64,000 nt of DNA from Candidatus Bathyarchaeota archaeon (GTDB lineage Archaea; Thermoproteota; Bathyarchaeia; TCS64), in the NCBI GenBank assembly GCA_963769425.1, contig CAVYLP010000006.1, forward strand, positions 320,001 through 384,000, read 5' to 3'. Position 1 is the first letter of the stretch, and each line of letters begins with the position of its first letter. The notes beneath the pieces are model-generated. The model was not told where the DNA came from. It saw only the letters and a list, made by a program, of their open reading frames with translations, and ran no database searches. A program made the position numbers and the translations under genes. Below, piece after piece: positions 1 through 8,910 of this stretch.

Positions 1-2295
1 GCTTGTCCTTTGCGCCTCCGAGGTACTGTTTGCACTCTGCCTTGTAGATGCGGTAGAAGCTGCTGTGGCCGAGACCACGCTCGACGGCTGCGCGGTTGAA
101 TATGATGGCGTCTTCCATGTTGTAGCCGCTGCTGCTGAGGACGGCGACTATGTAGTTCTGGCCGCTTGGGCGCTTGTCGAAGCCTATGATGTCCATGGGC
201 TTCGTGCCGACGACGGGCTTCTGCGGGTAGTGGAGTAGGTGGCCGCGTGTGTCTGTGCGGTCGCGGTAGTTGAGGACGTAGAGGCCTGGAGCCTGCTTCG
301 CCATGGCTGCCTGGTATGTGTTACGGGGTGACTGGTTGTGCTCTGGGTAGGGGTGATGCTGGCGACTACGCCTAGGATGGCGAAGGGGCAGATCTCGAGG
401 TGTGTGTGGTCGGTTGAGATGTTGTTGGGGTCGATGGCGACGTATGCGTTCTCCTCCTCCTCGGCGTCGAGGAACTCGATGATACCCTCGCGGACGAGGT
501 CGCCCCACTGCCACTTGCCCTCGCGGAGCTGGCGGGCGTGGCGCTGCTTGAGGAGGCTCTTGCCCTCGCTGACGACGATGAGTGGGCGCCTTATGCGTCC
601 CTCGTCGCAGTTGACGTAGATCTCGTTGTAGGTCTTGTAGTAGCAGGTGTTGACTTCACCACTTATTTCGCTACGGCGCCTCATCTCGCGGAGCTTTTGT
701 ACGAGCTCCTCGGGGGTGGTTGTGTAGCCTAGGAGGTAGCCTTCGACGAATATCTTTGCGCCCTCGTGGCGGAGGGTCTCGTCGGCGTCCTTGGCCTTGA
801 CGACGCCCATGAATTCGAGTGTGCGCTTTATTTTCTCTGCGTCTGTGCCGGTGCTGATGCTGGCGGTTAGGCTTAGGTTCTTGACTAGGCCACAGTTTGC
901 GCCTTCGGGGGTTTCGTTCGGGCATAGCCTGCCCCAGTGTGTGCTGTGTAGGTCTCGGGCCTCGAAGTTTGGCTGGCTCCTGCTTAGTGGGCTCTGTAGC
1001 CTGCGTAGGTGGCTGAGGGTGCTGATGGTGTTTGTGCGGTCTAGTAGCTGTGTCATGCCGACTCGTCCCCTGCGCCAGTTTCCGGTGGCGAGGGCGTGCT
1101 GGATTCGGCTGGTGATTATGCCTGGCCTGACGGCTGCGCTGATGAGGACTCCCTTGCGGCGGGTGCTCATCCTGCGGAACTGGTAGCGCATGTCACGGTA
1201 TAGGCTCCAGAAGGCGCTTCGGAATAGCTCGGCGAGGAGGGGCCCTGCGAGCTTGATGCGCTTGTTCTTGAGGTGGTCTTTGTCGTCCTCCTTCCTGTCC
1301 TGGAGTTTTAGCTCGATAATACGTGCGCACATCTCTCCGAGGAAGATGGCCTTGTCCTTGCGCTGGTCTGCGCCGCGGCCTATGTGGGGGAGGAGGTTGC
1401 GGTCGAGAATGGCCTCGGCGCGCTTCATTCGGAACTCTTTGACTTGACCGAAGGCTACTCGGTTACCGATGTAGAGGACCGCGTCCTCGCGGTTGTGGAT
1501 GTTACCGGCTTCTCGGAAGCTGGGTTCGAGTTCGCTTAGTATTCTAGCGTCTAGGCTGACCATGTCGGCGACTTGTTTGTCGGTCTCTACGCCTAGTGCT
1601 CTCATGAGGGCGACGTATGGGACGGGTACGGGTACGCCGGGGATGGTAACGCTCATCTCGCCCTTGGCCTTGAGGTTAGCCTCGATTCGGGCGCGGAAGC
1701 CCACCGTGGTTGAGAAGACTTTTCCGCGGTAGACTGGGTTGCTTCCGCGGTCGTCTATCTCCACGAGGACACGGTTGGGGGCGAGGTCCTCGAGGCTGAC
1801 TATTACGCGCTCGGATCCGTTGATTATGAAGTATCCTCCGACCTCCTCGGGGTCTTCTCCGAGTGCCATGAGTTCGTCGGGGGTGTGGCGGCTGAGAAGG
1901 CAGAGCTTTGACTTTACCATTATGGGGAGGTCGCCTATGTTGACCTTCTCGTAGGTCTCCTTGCCCTCGTCTTCGAGCATTATCTCGAGGTAGAGGGGGG
2001 CGGCGTAGGTGAGGTTTCGTATCCTCGCCTCGCGTGGGTAGACGGGGCGTTGGGTCCCGTCGACCTCGGTTATGACGGGGTCTCCGACTTCTATCGATCC
2101 GAACTTTATCTCGTATGTGTGGTTCGGCACCTCTATGGTGATGCCGCCTATCTCGTCTATAATCTGCTGCAGCGTGTGCTCGACAAACTCGTTGTAGCTG
2201 TCGAGGTGCTGCTTCACGAGGCCTTCGTCGGCGAAGAAGGTCTTCATGAGTTCCCAGTTGTTTTCCTCTGCGAGAAGCATTTCATCAATCCTCAA
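1..2295 (-). CDS. rpoB: DNA-directed RNA polymerase subunit B (single-chain RpoB); runs off window start; apparent 1-bp deletion near 350
   Basis: Motifs GGYFIINGSERV, ARDLHSTHWGRLCPNETPEGANCGLVKNL and EFLDAEEEEN. After ASITP the shifted frame reads YPEHNQSPRNTYQAAMAKQ and continues to position 1. Likely start is ATG at 2280. Confidence 0.97.
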
Positions 2296-2309
2296 ACGGG
2301 GGTGTTTGG

Positions 2310-2411
2310 CTGCAGGTGTGGTGGCTTCCCGTTATGTTTCTATAGATAATCGAACGGAATCCCTCCTCTCCCTCGGTGTTCATCTCTTAGAAGCCACTAC
2401 CCTGCAGAGGC
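2310..2411 (-). promoter_or_regulatory. Structured 5' leader upstream of rpoB (long closing helix plus internal hairpin)
   Basis: Inverted repeat 2310-2328 / 2390-2407 (CUGCAGGGUAGUGGCUUC pairs with GAAGCCACCACACCUGCAG), plus inner CCGUU/AACGG stem. Confidence 0.55.
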
Positions 2412-2434
2412 TACTATGCATGCCGAGCACTCAC

Positions 2435-2449
2435 TAATAAATGTTTTTG
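2435..2449 (-). promoter_or_regulatory. Probable BRE/TATA box for rpoB
   Basis: Minus strand reads CAAAAACA-TTTATTA, about 25 nt upstream of the start of the leader helix. Confidence 0.5.
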
Positions 2450-2554
2450 AATGTTGATTAGAGGTGTATTAGGGGTGTTTGATTATACCAAATGTTTAAT
2501 AGGGGAACTCGGTTATTCGATTAGAGCCCGACGGGGAAAATAGGAGATAGATAC

Positions 2555-2785
2555 TTGGCAGAGATGATTGAGCGGGTCCTAGAAAGAAGCATTGGAAAGA
2601 CCGTCCTCATCAAGGTGAGGGGCGGCAAGACGCTTCGCGGGACCCTCGAGGGCTTCGACCAGCACGTTAACCTGGTGTTGAAGGACGCGGAGAATGTCAG
2701 TGATCCGATGAAGTCTGAGGTTATTGGGACGATTGTGCTGCGGGGCGACAACGTGATCATGATCTCTCCGCCTCCAGAGGGTTAA
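2555..2785 (+). CDS. lsm: Sm-like archaeal protein (SmAP/Lsm)
   Basis: Sm1 motif GTLEGFDQHVNLVL, Sm2 motif IVLRGDNVIMISP; directly upstream of rpl37e as is usual in archaea. Confidence 0.96.
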   Translation: MAEMIERVLERSIGKTVLIKVRGGKTLRGTLEGFDQHVNLVLKDAENVSDPMKSEVIGTIVLRGDNVIMISPPPEG

Positions 2786-2795
2786 GGTGTAGTTT

Positions 2796-2979
2796 ATGCC
2801 GACTAAGCATGCTCTTCATACGGGTAAGCGGACTCACATGAGGTGTAGGCGCTGCGGACGTAGGGCTTATCATATTCGCCTCAGGCGTCTGTGCGGCCTG
2901 TGGGTTCGGTAAGACGCCGACTCTCAGACACTACAACTGGATGAGGAAGGATCTGCAGAGAACGCACAGGCTCATCTAG
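2796..2979 (+). CDS. rpl37e: 50S ribosomal protein L37e (absent from ORF track; extra C near 2880)
   Basis: MPTKHALHTGKRTHMRCRRCGRRAYHIR, then shifted frame SGVCAACGFGKTPTLRHYNWMRKDLQRTHRLI*; C2-C2 zinc ribbon. Confidence 0.93.
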
Positions 2980-3243
2980 TCTGATTGCTTCGACTCTCTC
3001 GTCGTTCTCGTTATCTCGTTTCAATTACCTCTGACGAGTTTCTAGTCTTATTTTGTATTCATAGGGATGGTAGAAAACATTTTTATTACTGGCTTCTAAC
3101 GTGTGGCGATACTTATGGAAAAAAAAATTCCGATGCTCTTGAGGATGATAAGCCAATTACTAATTGATTTACTCCCCTCAATCCCTGTTCCTCCGTCATT
3201 TTGGGAGTATGTTTTTTAGGTTTGGCGTGTGGGTTCTTGTTGG

Positions 3244-3353
3244 GCGGGGGTACCCGAGACTGGCCAAAGGGGCGGGACTTAAGATCAGGCAGTCTCTGGT
3301 GAGAGATCCCGTAGCTCAGGCTTTCGTGGGTTCAAGTCCCACCCCCCGCACCA
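3244..3353 (+). tRNA. tRNA-Leu(UAA) with a 22-nt canonical 37/38 intron (3284-3305), CCA encoded
   Basis: GCGGGGG...CCCCCGC-A-CCA acceptor; anticodon TAA at 3280-3282; long variable arm; bulge-helix-bulge with CUUA/UGAG central helix, two AGA bulges and UCAG/CUGG outer helix. Confidence 0.95.
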
Positions 3354-3366
3354 ACCCTGAACCTCC

Positions 3367-3417
3367 TCATATTCGCTTCTTGAAGACCATTGGGCCATCA
3401 GGAGTGTTGCAGACGAA
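3367..3417 (-). pseudogene. Probable remnant of a tyrosine integrase C-terminal tail facing the tRNA 3' end
   Basis: Minus strand FVCNTPDGPMVFKKRI*, resembling from memory the ...YVCTTPDG.MLFRKRK ends of Bathyarchaeia integrases; stop lies 14 bp from the tRNA CCA; no upstream ORF. Confidence 0.4.
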
Positions 3418-3515
3418 GATATTTTTCCTCGGCTGAAGCTACTCCTCAGTCCATACGAAAACGCGTATTTTCGCGTCGGAAACGAGCTCCCTGTACGTGT
3501 GGCAGGTACATCCTG

Positions 3516-3745
3516 TTCCTAGTAGCTGGAACTCAATTCCTAGTAGCTGGTACATCGTATTCCTTGTAGCTGGAACTCAATTCCTAGCAGCGGGAACACC
3601 AATTCCTTGTAGCTGGTACATCGTATTCCTTGTAGCTGGAACTCAATTCCTAGTAGCAGCGACTTAATTCCATGTAGCTAGGAATCGGGTTCCTAGTAGC
3701 ATGGTATAACGTTTTTCGCCACACGGATTCCTAGCAGCGGGTACA
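3516..3745. repeat. Phased repeat array 1: nine TTCC(T)(A/T)GTAGC boxes plus one distal copy
   Basis: Boxes start at 3516, 3537, 3560, 3581, 3603, 3626, 3647, 3668 and 3690 (21-23 bp period), with a further copy at 3728. Confidence 0.95.
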
Positions 3746-3809
3746 TGGGATCCATAATCTCGTCACCGATTCCCTATCCAGTCCCTACTGTAGAGGTATG
3801 GGGGCTGTG

Positions 3810-4040
3810 TTCCTAGTAGCGGTGTCACTGTTCCTAGAGCGGCGTCTGGGTGTTCCTAGCTACGGCGTCACTGTTCCGCGTAGCGGTGTCCCGCTGTTCC
3901 TAGCAGCGGGGTCGCATGTTCCTAGTGGCGGTGTCTCAGTTCCTTGTAGCGGTGTCTGTGTTCCTAGTAGCATGGAGTCGGGTTCCTAGTAGGATGGGAT
4001 AACGATTTTTTGCAGGCATTGTACCATGCAGCAGGTACTC
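3810..4040. repeat. Phased repeat array 2: nine TTCCTAGTAGC-like boxes plus one degenerate distal copy
   Basis: Boxes start at 3810, 3831, 3853, 3874, 3897, 3919, 3940, 3961 and 3983 (21-23 bp period), with a degenerate copy near 4022. Confidence 0.95.
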
Positions 4041-4204
4041 AATATTCACCAATACTTCGGGTTTGAGCATGGTTATCCATGGTTAGCTGATTTATGACTC
4101 TCCATAATAGGAGACCGCATTCATCCAGTAACAATGAGATCCTCACCCTGCCACAAGGTACAAGTCACTTCGCAGCAATAACCCAATTAAAATACTCCCT
4201 CTAA

Positions 4205-5638
4205 TTGGCAGCCCAAATTAAAGGGTGGAAAGATATATGCCAAGCCCTTCCCCGGAGGAAACCCAGCTTGACCGAGATCGTTCTAGTCTACCCCTACGTT
4301 GACCCGCCCAGAAATAGGTCCATTTTCAGGTTCCCGCCTCTCGGCCTAGGTTATATTGCCGCCCACCTCCGAGACAACGGCCACGATGTGGCGATAGTGG
4401 ACGCCACCTTCACCGGGGAGGGGGCTTCAATAGAGAAGGTAAAGGCTCTCAACCCTAGAGTGGTTGGCATCTACTCTATGTTCACAATGCGTGAGGCATC
4501 TCTACGCTTCGCGCGCGCCCTCAGGGGGAACTGTGACCTTCTCATTGCTGGGGGTCCCTTACCCACTGTTGAGCCCGAGGCTTACCTCAATGACTTCGAC
4601 GCTGCAGCAGTCGGCGAGGGGGAGCAGACAATGCTTGAGATCGCGCAGGGCCGGAGACTTGGCGAGGTCAATGGCCTTGTATATCGTGAGAAGGATGGTA
4701 AGCAAATCAGGCCTGGCGAGGATGGTGGCGAGGTCGTCCATACATCGCCCCGCGAGGTCCTTAAGAACCTCGACTCCATCCCACTTCCCGCCCGTGACCT
4801 ATTCGACAATGCCAACTACATCAACTACTACAAGAAGCGCAGGGAGCCCGCCACAACAAGCGCCATAACAAGCCGAGGATGCCCCTTCGCCTGCGATTTC
4901 TGCAGCCACCCTATCTTTGGGGAGAGCTTCCGCGAACGCAGCCCTCAGAATATGGCTGACGAGGTCGAACAGATACTCGACCTAGGCTACGGGCGCATCT
5001 TCTTCCAGGACGACTGCTTCACCCTAACCCGTGGAAGAGTCGCGAGGTTCTGTGACGAGGTCGAGCGACGAGGTCTCCACTTTGGCTGGGAATGCCTAAG
5101 CCGAGTCGACAGCATGGACGAGGCAACAGCCGCAAGGATGCGCGCCGCCGGTTGTGACCACGTTTTCTTCGGGCTTGAATCTGGCAGCGACAGGGTCCTC
5201 AAGATCATGAACAAGAGCGCCACCCCCGAGATGGGCCGACGAGCCGTCGAAGCCGCGAGGGCCGGCGGCCTCAAAACGGGGGCATTCTTCATTTTTGGGT
5301 ACCCTGGCGACGATACCGAGTCCATGCTCGAAACCCTACACTTTGCCAACAGCCTTCCCCTCGACTACCTCAGCTTCACATACCCCTACCCCATCCCTGG
5401 AACACCACTCTACGAGCGCGTCAAAGACAAGATGATGGAGGGCAACCCCGAGCCACAACAGAAGGGACTCGTCCAACACCAACTCATCTACTACAGCGAA
5501 ATATCCGAGAAGAAGCTAAAGTTCGGTATAATCAAGGGCCTAACAATCCACTACCTGAAACTCCATGGAGGCCCCGTGGCCCCTCTCATCATCAAACCTC
5601 TTAATACGATAAGCGACAGCGTGTTCAGGCTCCTCTAG
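4205..5638 (+). CDS. Cobalamin-binding radical SAM enzyme (class B methylase-like); likely start TTG 4268
   Basis: N-terminal B12 domain FPPLGLGYIAA; SRGCPFACDFC (CX3CX2C); FGLESGS. Confidence 0.92.
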   Translation: MAAQIKGWKDICQALPRRKPSLTEIVLVYPYVDPPRNRSIFRFPPLGLGYIAAHLRDNGHDVAIVDATFTGEGASIEKVKALNPRVVGIYSMFTMREASLRFARALRGNCDLLIAGGPLPTVEPEAYLNDFDAAAVGEGEQTMLEIAQGRRLGEVNGLVYREKDGKQIRPGEDGGEVVHTSPREVLKNLDSIPLPARDLFDNANYINYYKKRREPATTSAITSRGCPFACDFCSHPIFGESFRERSPQNMADEVEQILDLGYGRIFFQDDCFTLTRGRVARFCDEVERRGLHFGWECLSRVDSMDEATAARMRAAGCDHVFFGLESGSDRVLKIMNKSATPEMGRRAVEAARAGGLKTGAFFIFGYPGDDTESMLETLHFANSLPLDYLSFTYPYPIPGTPLYERVKDKMMEGNPEPQQKGLVQHQLIYYSEISEKKLKFGIIKGLTIHYLKLHGGPVAPLIIKPLNTISDSVFRLL

Positions 5639-5729
5639 CTTCAACATCGCTTTGACCGTCGTGTCGAGGAGGGAACATACTTAAGACCTCCGAGCGTCTA
5701 AAAACGAACAGACACCTCGGGGGAACATA

Positions 5730-6167
5730 ATGGGAATCCTAGGCACAGGCGCATCGACGGTCGCAGACATCAACCTAATTGCTCAGTTGGTAATCATCGC
5801 CCTCCTCGCCGAGGGATGGATAATCAGCAGGGACAAGAAGAGAATCCGTGTACACGGGCAGCTCATGGTCGCAGCGGTCCTCATTAACGCTGCCGCAATC
5901 GCGCTCGTCATGGTCCCTTCACTGATCCTCGGACTCGGCGCAATAACATCTGATCCACTAGGTCCCGGCCCCCTGATAAGCGTCATACACTCCGCCATCG
6001 GAACCGTTGCCTGGCTCCTCGGAGCCTACCTGAGCTGGACATGGGGCTTAAAGCCGGCGACGGTTGAGTGTTTTAAAAGGAAGAGGCTGATGAAGCCTGT
6101 CACCTACCTCTGGCTTCTCGCCGCTGTCCTCGGGGTAGGGTTCTACGTCTACTACTACGTCCTCTAA
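5730..6167 (+). CDS. DUF420-like 4-TM membrane protein
   Basis: Four hydrophobic helices with conserved-looking His residues (VHGQLM, IHSAIG). Confidence 0.6.
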   Translation: MGILGTGASTVADINLIAQLVIIALLAEGWIISRDKKRIRVHGQLMVAAVLINAAAIALVMVPSLILGLGAITSDPLGPGPLISVIHSAIGTVAWLLGAYLSWTWGLKPATVECFKRKRLMKPVTYLWLLAAVLGVGFYVYYYVL

Positions 6168-7571
6168 TTCTTCCGCAGGGTCGTCTTTCCTTATCTCCTC
6201 GTACTTCTTCGTCCTCCTGAGGACCGCGTACCATGGCGCGACAGCGTCGAAGAGCATCCCTAGGGTGGCTCCCCAGACCATCTTGAGCCGCTTGTAGGGC
6301 TCGGGCCTGTCGACGTATACCTCGTGCATCTCTATCCCTACCTTGTAGGCGCTGTAGATGGTCCACCACATGAAGCCGGTGATTATGCCGCCGATTATAG
6401 GGAAAACACCCCCGGTCAGATAGAGTAAGCCTACGGCCGTGGCTATAAGGGAGGGCAAGGCGCTAAGCCAGGAGCCGAGGCTGTAGATCAAGGGTAGCTT
6501 GTATTTCGTCTTGACGTCCTTTCTCGCCAGGACCTCCATGGAGCCTAGTATCCACCTCCTCCTCTGCTTGAGGTGATCGCGGACCGTGAAGGGGGGTTTC
6601 TCGTAGGCGAAGCCCTTGAGGCTTCTAGTGACTCCGCCGAAGCGCTCCCTGAGTTTGAGGCTGAAGAGGAGGTCCTCTGATCGGACCCTGCCGAAGTCCC
6701 AGCCTATGTCGTTCTCCACGTCCGCCCTGACTATGAGGTGGGAGCCGTGGTAGCCGAACGGGACGGAGCCCCAAATCTTCATCTGCCCCATGGCACCGAG
6801 GTCCCCGACGCTACGGGTAGTCTCCTCGACCGAGTTGAACCTGTACTTCCAGTCCTGTGGGTAGAGTATGATCCCTGCGCCGATAAGGCGCCCGTCGCCC
6901 GTGTCGGTAACGAAATCGAGACAGCCGAGGACAGTGTCCTCACCTATCATCGTCTCCGTGTCCTGGTGATAGATCCAGTCGTCCGGGGTGTCTATGCCAC
7001 GGTCTATCCTGACCTCGGAGGCGTAATGTAGTGCGCGGGCCTTGAAACCTGAGTGGTTGGGGGTTTCATACCCCTCGGGGACGATGACGAGAGTCGCCCC
7101 GTCCCGCTCCATCTCCTCGAAGAAGACCCGCTCCGCTCGGAACCTGTCCTCCTCAGTCACGATCCATATCTCTGATCTGAAATTAAGACCATGATCCACC
7201 TTGACTCCCCGGAGCCAGTGTCTCACGGAGTCGAAAGAGTTCCTTAGGGTGATTAGGTTCTCGCCCCGAGTGGTTATGGTGTAGATTATGCGCTTCCGGG
7301 CGACCTCTTCGCGCCTCTCTTTTAGATCCTCCACGCTAATGAGGAGGTTGGGGTTGAGCGCAAGCTGCGTGGACACCGCTTGGATCATGAAGATGGGGAT
7401 AGGTATGAGCCAGCTGAGCTTGGCAGCGTAGAGAGCAGCACCAAGACTGTCTGTGAAATTGGGCCCGCCCGGGAAAATTATCCCCATCGAAGCTGACATT
7501 AGGACAATATTTCTCATCCTGGCCGTCTTGCCCTTGATCTGCTTCGTCAGGGACGCGTTATATTTACTCAT
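6048..7571 (-). CDS. Membrane glycosyltransferase family 2 (egghead/beta-1,4-mannosyltransferase-like)
   Basis: FKARALHYA, HQDTET, SEDLLF and QRRRW motifs with flanking TM helices. The C-terminal 120 bp overlap with the convergent gene may be an indel artefact. Confidence 0.85.
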   Translation of the reverse strand: MSKYNASLTKQIKGKTARMRNIVLMSASMGIIFPGGPNFTDSLGAALYAAKLSWLIPIPIFMIQAVSTQLALNPNLLISVEDLKERREEVARKRIIYTITTRGENLITLRNSFDSVRHWLRGVKVDHGLNFRSEIWIVTEEDRFRAERVFFEEMERDGATLVIVPEGYETPNHSGFKARALHYASEVRIDRGIDTPDDWIYHQDTETMIGEDTVLGCLDFVTDTGDGRLIGAGIILYPQDWKYRFNSVEETTRSVGDLGAMGQMKIWGSVPFGYHGSHLIVRADVENDIGWDFGRVRSEDLLFSLKLRERFGGVTRSLKGFAYEKPPFTVRDHLKQRRRWILGSMEVLARKDVKTKYKLPLIYSLGSWLSALPSLIATAVGLLYLTGGVFPIIGGIITGFMWWTIYSAYKVGIEMHEVYVDRPEPYKRLKMVWGATLGMLFDAVAPWYAVLRRTKKYEEIRKDDPAEELEDVVVDVEPYPEDSGEKPEVGDRLHQPLPFKTLNRRRL

Positions 7572-7663
7572 AGTGTATCCGAGATAGGGTAGGCGGTCCT
7601 GTCGGTGCAACGTGGGATGGTTTTCGGAAGCCTAGAACTTAAACAGGACCAACTGAGATTGGG

Positions 7664-8855
7664 CTACCCCACAAACACTCCGCTTACGAATCCGAGCCAC
7701 AGGATGAGACAGGTTATGACCGAGACGGCAATGATGGTGAATGCAACCCACTTACCCCTGACTACAAGCGCCGAGAAGGGAAACCAGAGGGGGAAGAGAA
7801 CGGTCATGAACCGGGGGTATGAGACTAGGCCCCCGAAGGCAAACATGCTTGCGATGTAAGCAGTGCAGTAGATGGCCAGGTTCCTGTCGATCCTCGCTAC
7901 CCTCCAAACGAGAAACGGTGGAAGTAGAATAGAGAACCAGACCGCTATGGGGAGGAGCATATGGAGATCGAGGCCCGTCCCTGGGAACGATATGGCAGCC
8001 ACGCCGCTAGGAAGCACTGTTGAGAGGTAGGTCAGTAGGTTGTAGTTGCTAGACCACTCAGTAGTGTGGATTATTGCGAGAGGGTCACCCGCGGATAGAC
8101 CCATGTAGGTGACCCAGGCGAGGAGTACCGATACAGTCGGGAGTATCATAAGAAAGGCTTTGCGCCTGTCACTGCCTACCTTTGAAGACAGAAGGTCGAT
8201 GAACATTGGCAGGGCGATGAGGAAGCCAGGTATCCGGATGAGTGTGGATACTGCCGCGGCCAATGAAGCGGGGAGGTACTTTTTGTCTTGAAATAGCCTC
8301 CAGGCGAGAAGCGTGGTGAACAGGAACAGCCCCTCCGAGTAGGCGACTGTGGTAAACAGTAAGGTGAAGGGGGAGAGGGCGAAGAGGAGGGCACTGACAA
8401 TGGCTATTTCCCTGCCGATGTAGTGCTCGGCGACTGACTGGTAGACCGGTACCCAGAGCAGCCCGGCGACGAGGTTACAAACCACTAGGGCAACGAGCGT
8501 GCCACCAACGAAGGGCTGCAGAAGTTGGGTTAGGAGGGGAAAACCCGGTGCGAATGCATAGCTCTGCCCGCTGAAATTGTAGCCATGCGCGGCTATGCTG
8601 GCGTACCACGCGCTGTCCCACCCCACAAACGCGGAGACCCACCGTGGGGCCCCGCTCGCGAGTAGTATCTGATTCTGGGGGAGTGGATCAACCAGTGCGG
8701 GGTTCGTCCAGAAGCCGACTTCCGAAGGCGCTGACGATGACGGCTAGGAGCAGCTTAACGAGCGCGACGACCGCCAGCGATGCAAGATACCGCCTGGGAA
8801 TCCTAAGCGACGAAACGGCGACATCGCCCTCTAGGAGCCAGCTGAGCCCACCCAT
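7664..8855 (-). CDS. GT-C mannosyltransferase, PIG-V/GT76-like; 1-bp insertion near 8720
   Basis: GWDSAWYASIAAHGY, YAFAPGFP and AYSEGLF motifs, multi-TM. The N-terminal TM (RRYLASLAVVALVKLL) lies in an adjacent frame and joins via GVGFWTNPAL. Confidence 0.82.
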
Positions 8856-8910
8856 CGCTGCCTCTAACAGGTTTATTGCGTGGCGAAATAAGATTCTTAA
8901 TGGTGGATTG

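Noticed and set aside
184-360. Natural rpoB''/rpoB' split
   Set aside because: The break is a missing base in a C-run inside the conserved PYPEHNQSPR motif, not at the usual split point, and there is no new start.
3798-3989. 63-aa ORF with VPSxGV heptads
   Set aside because: It is a by-product of the DNA repeat. Units of 22 and 23 bp break the frame far more often than the background indel rate could explain.
3516-4040. CRISPR or TIGR-type guide array
   Set aside because: The period is only 21-23 bp, the ~10 bp linkers recur rather than being unique, there are no box C/D motifs, and no cas or Nop-domain gene is in the window.
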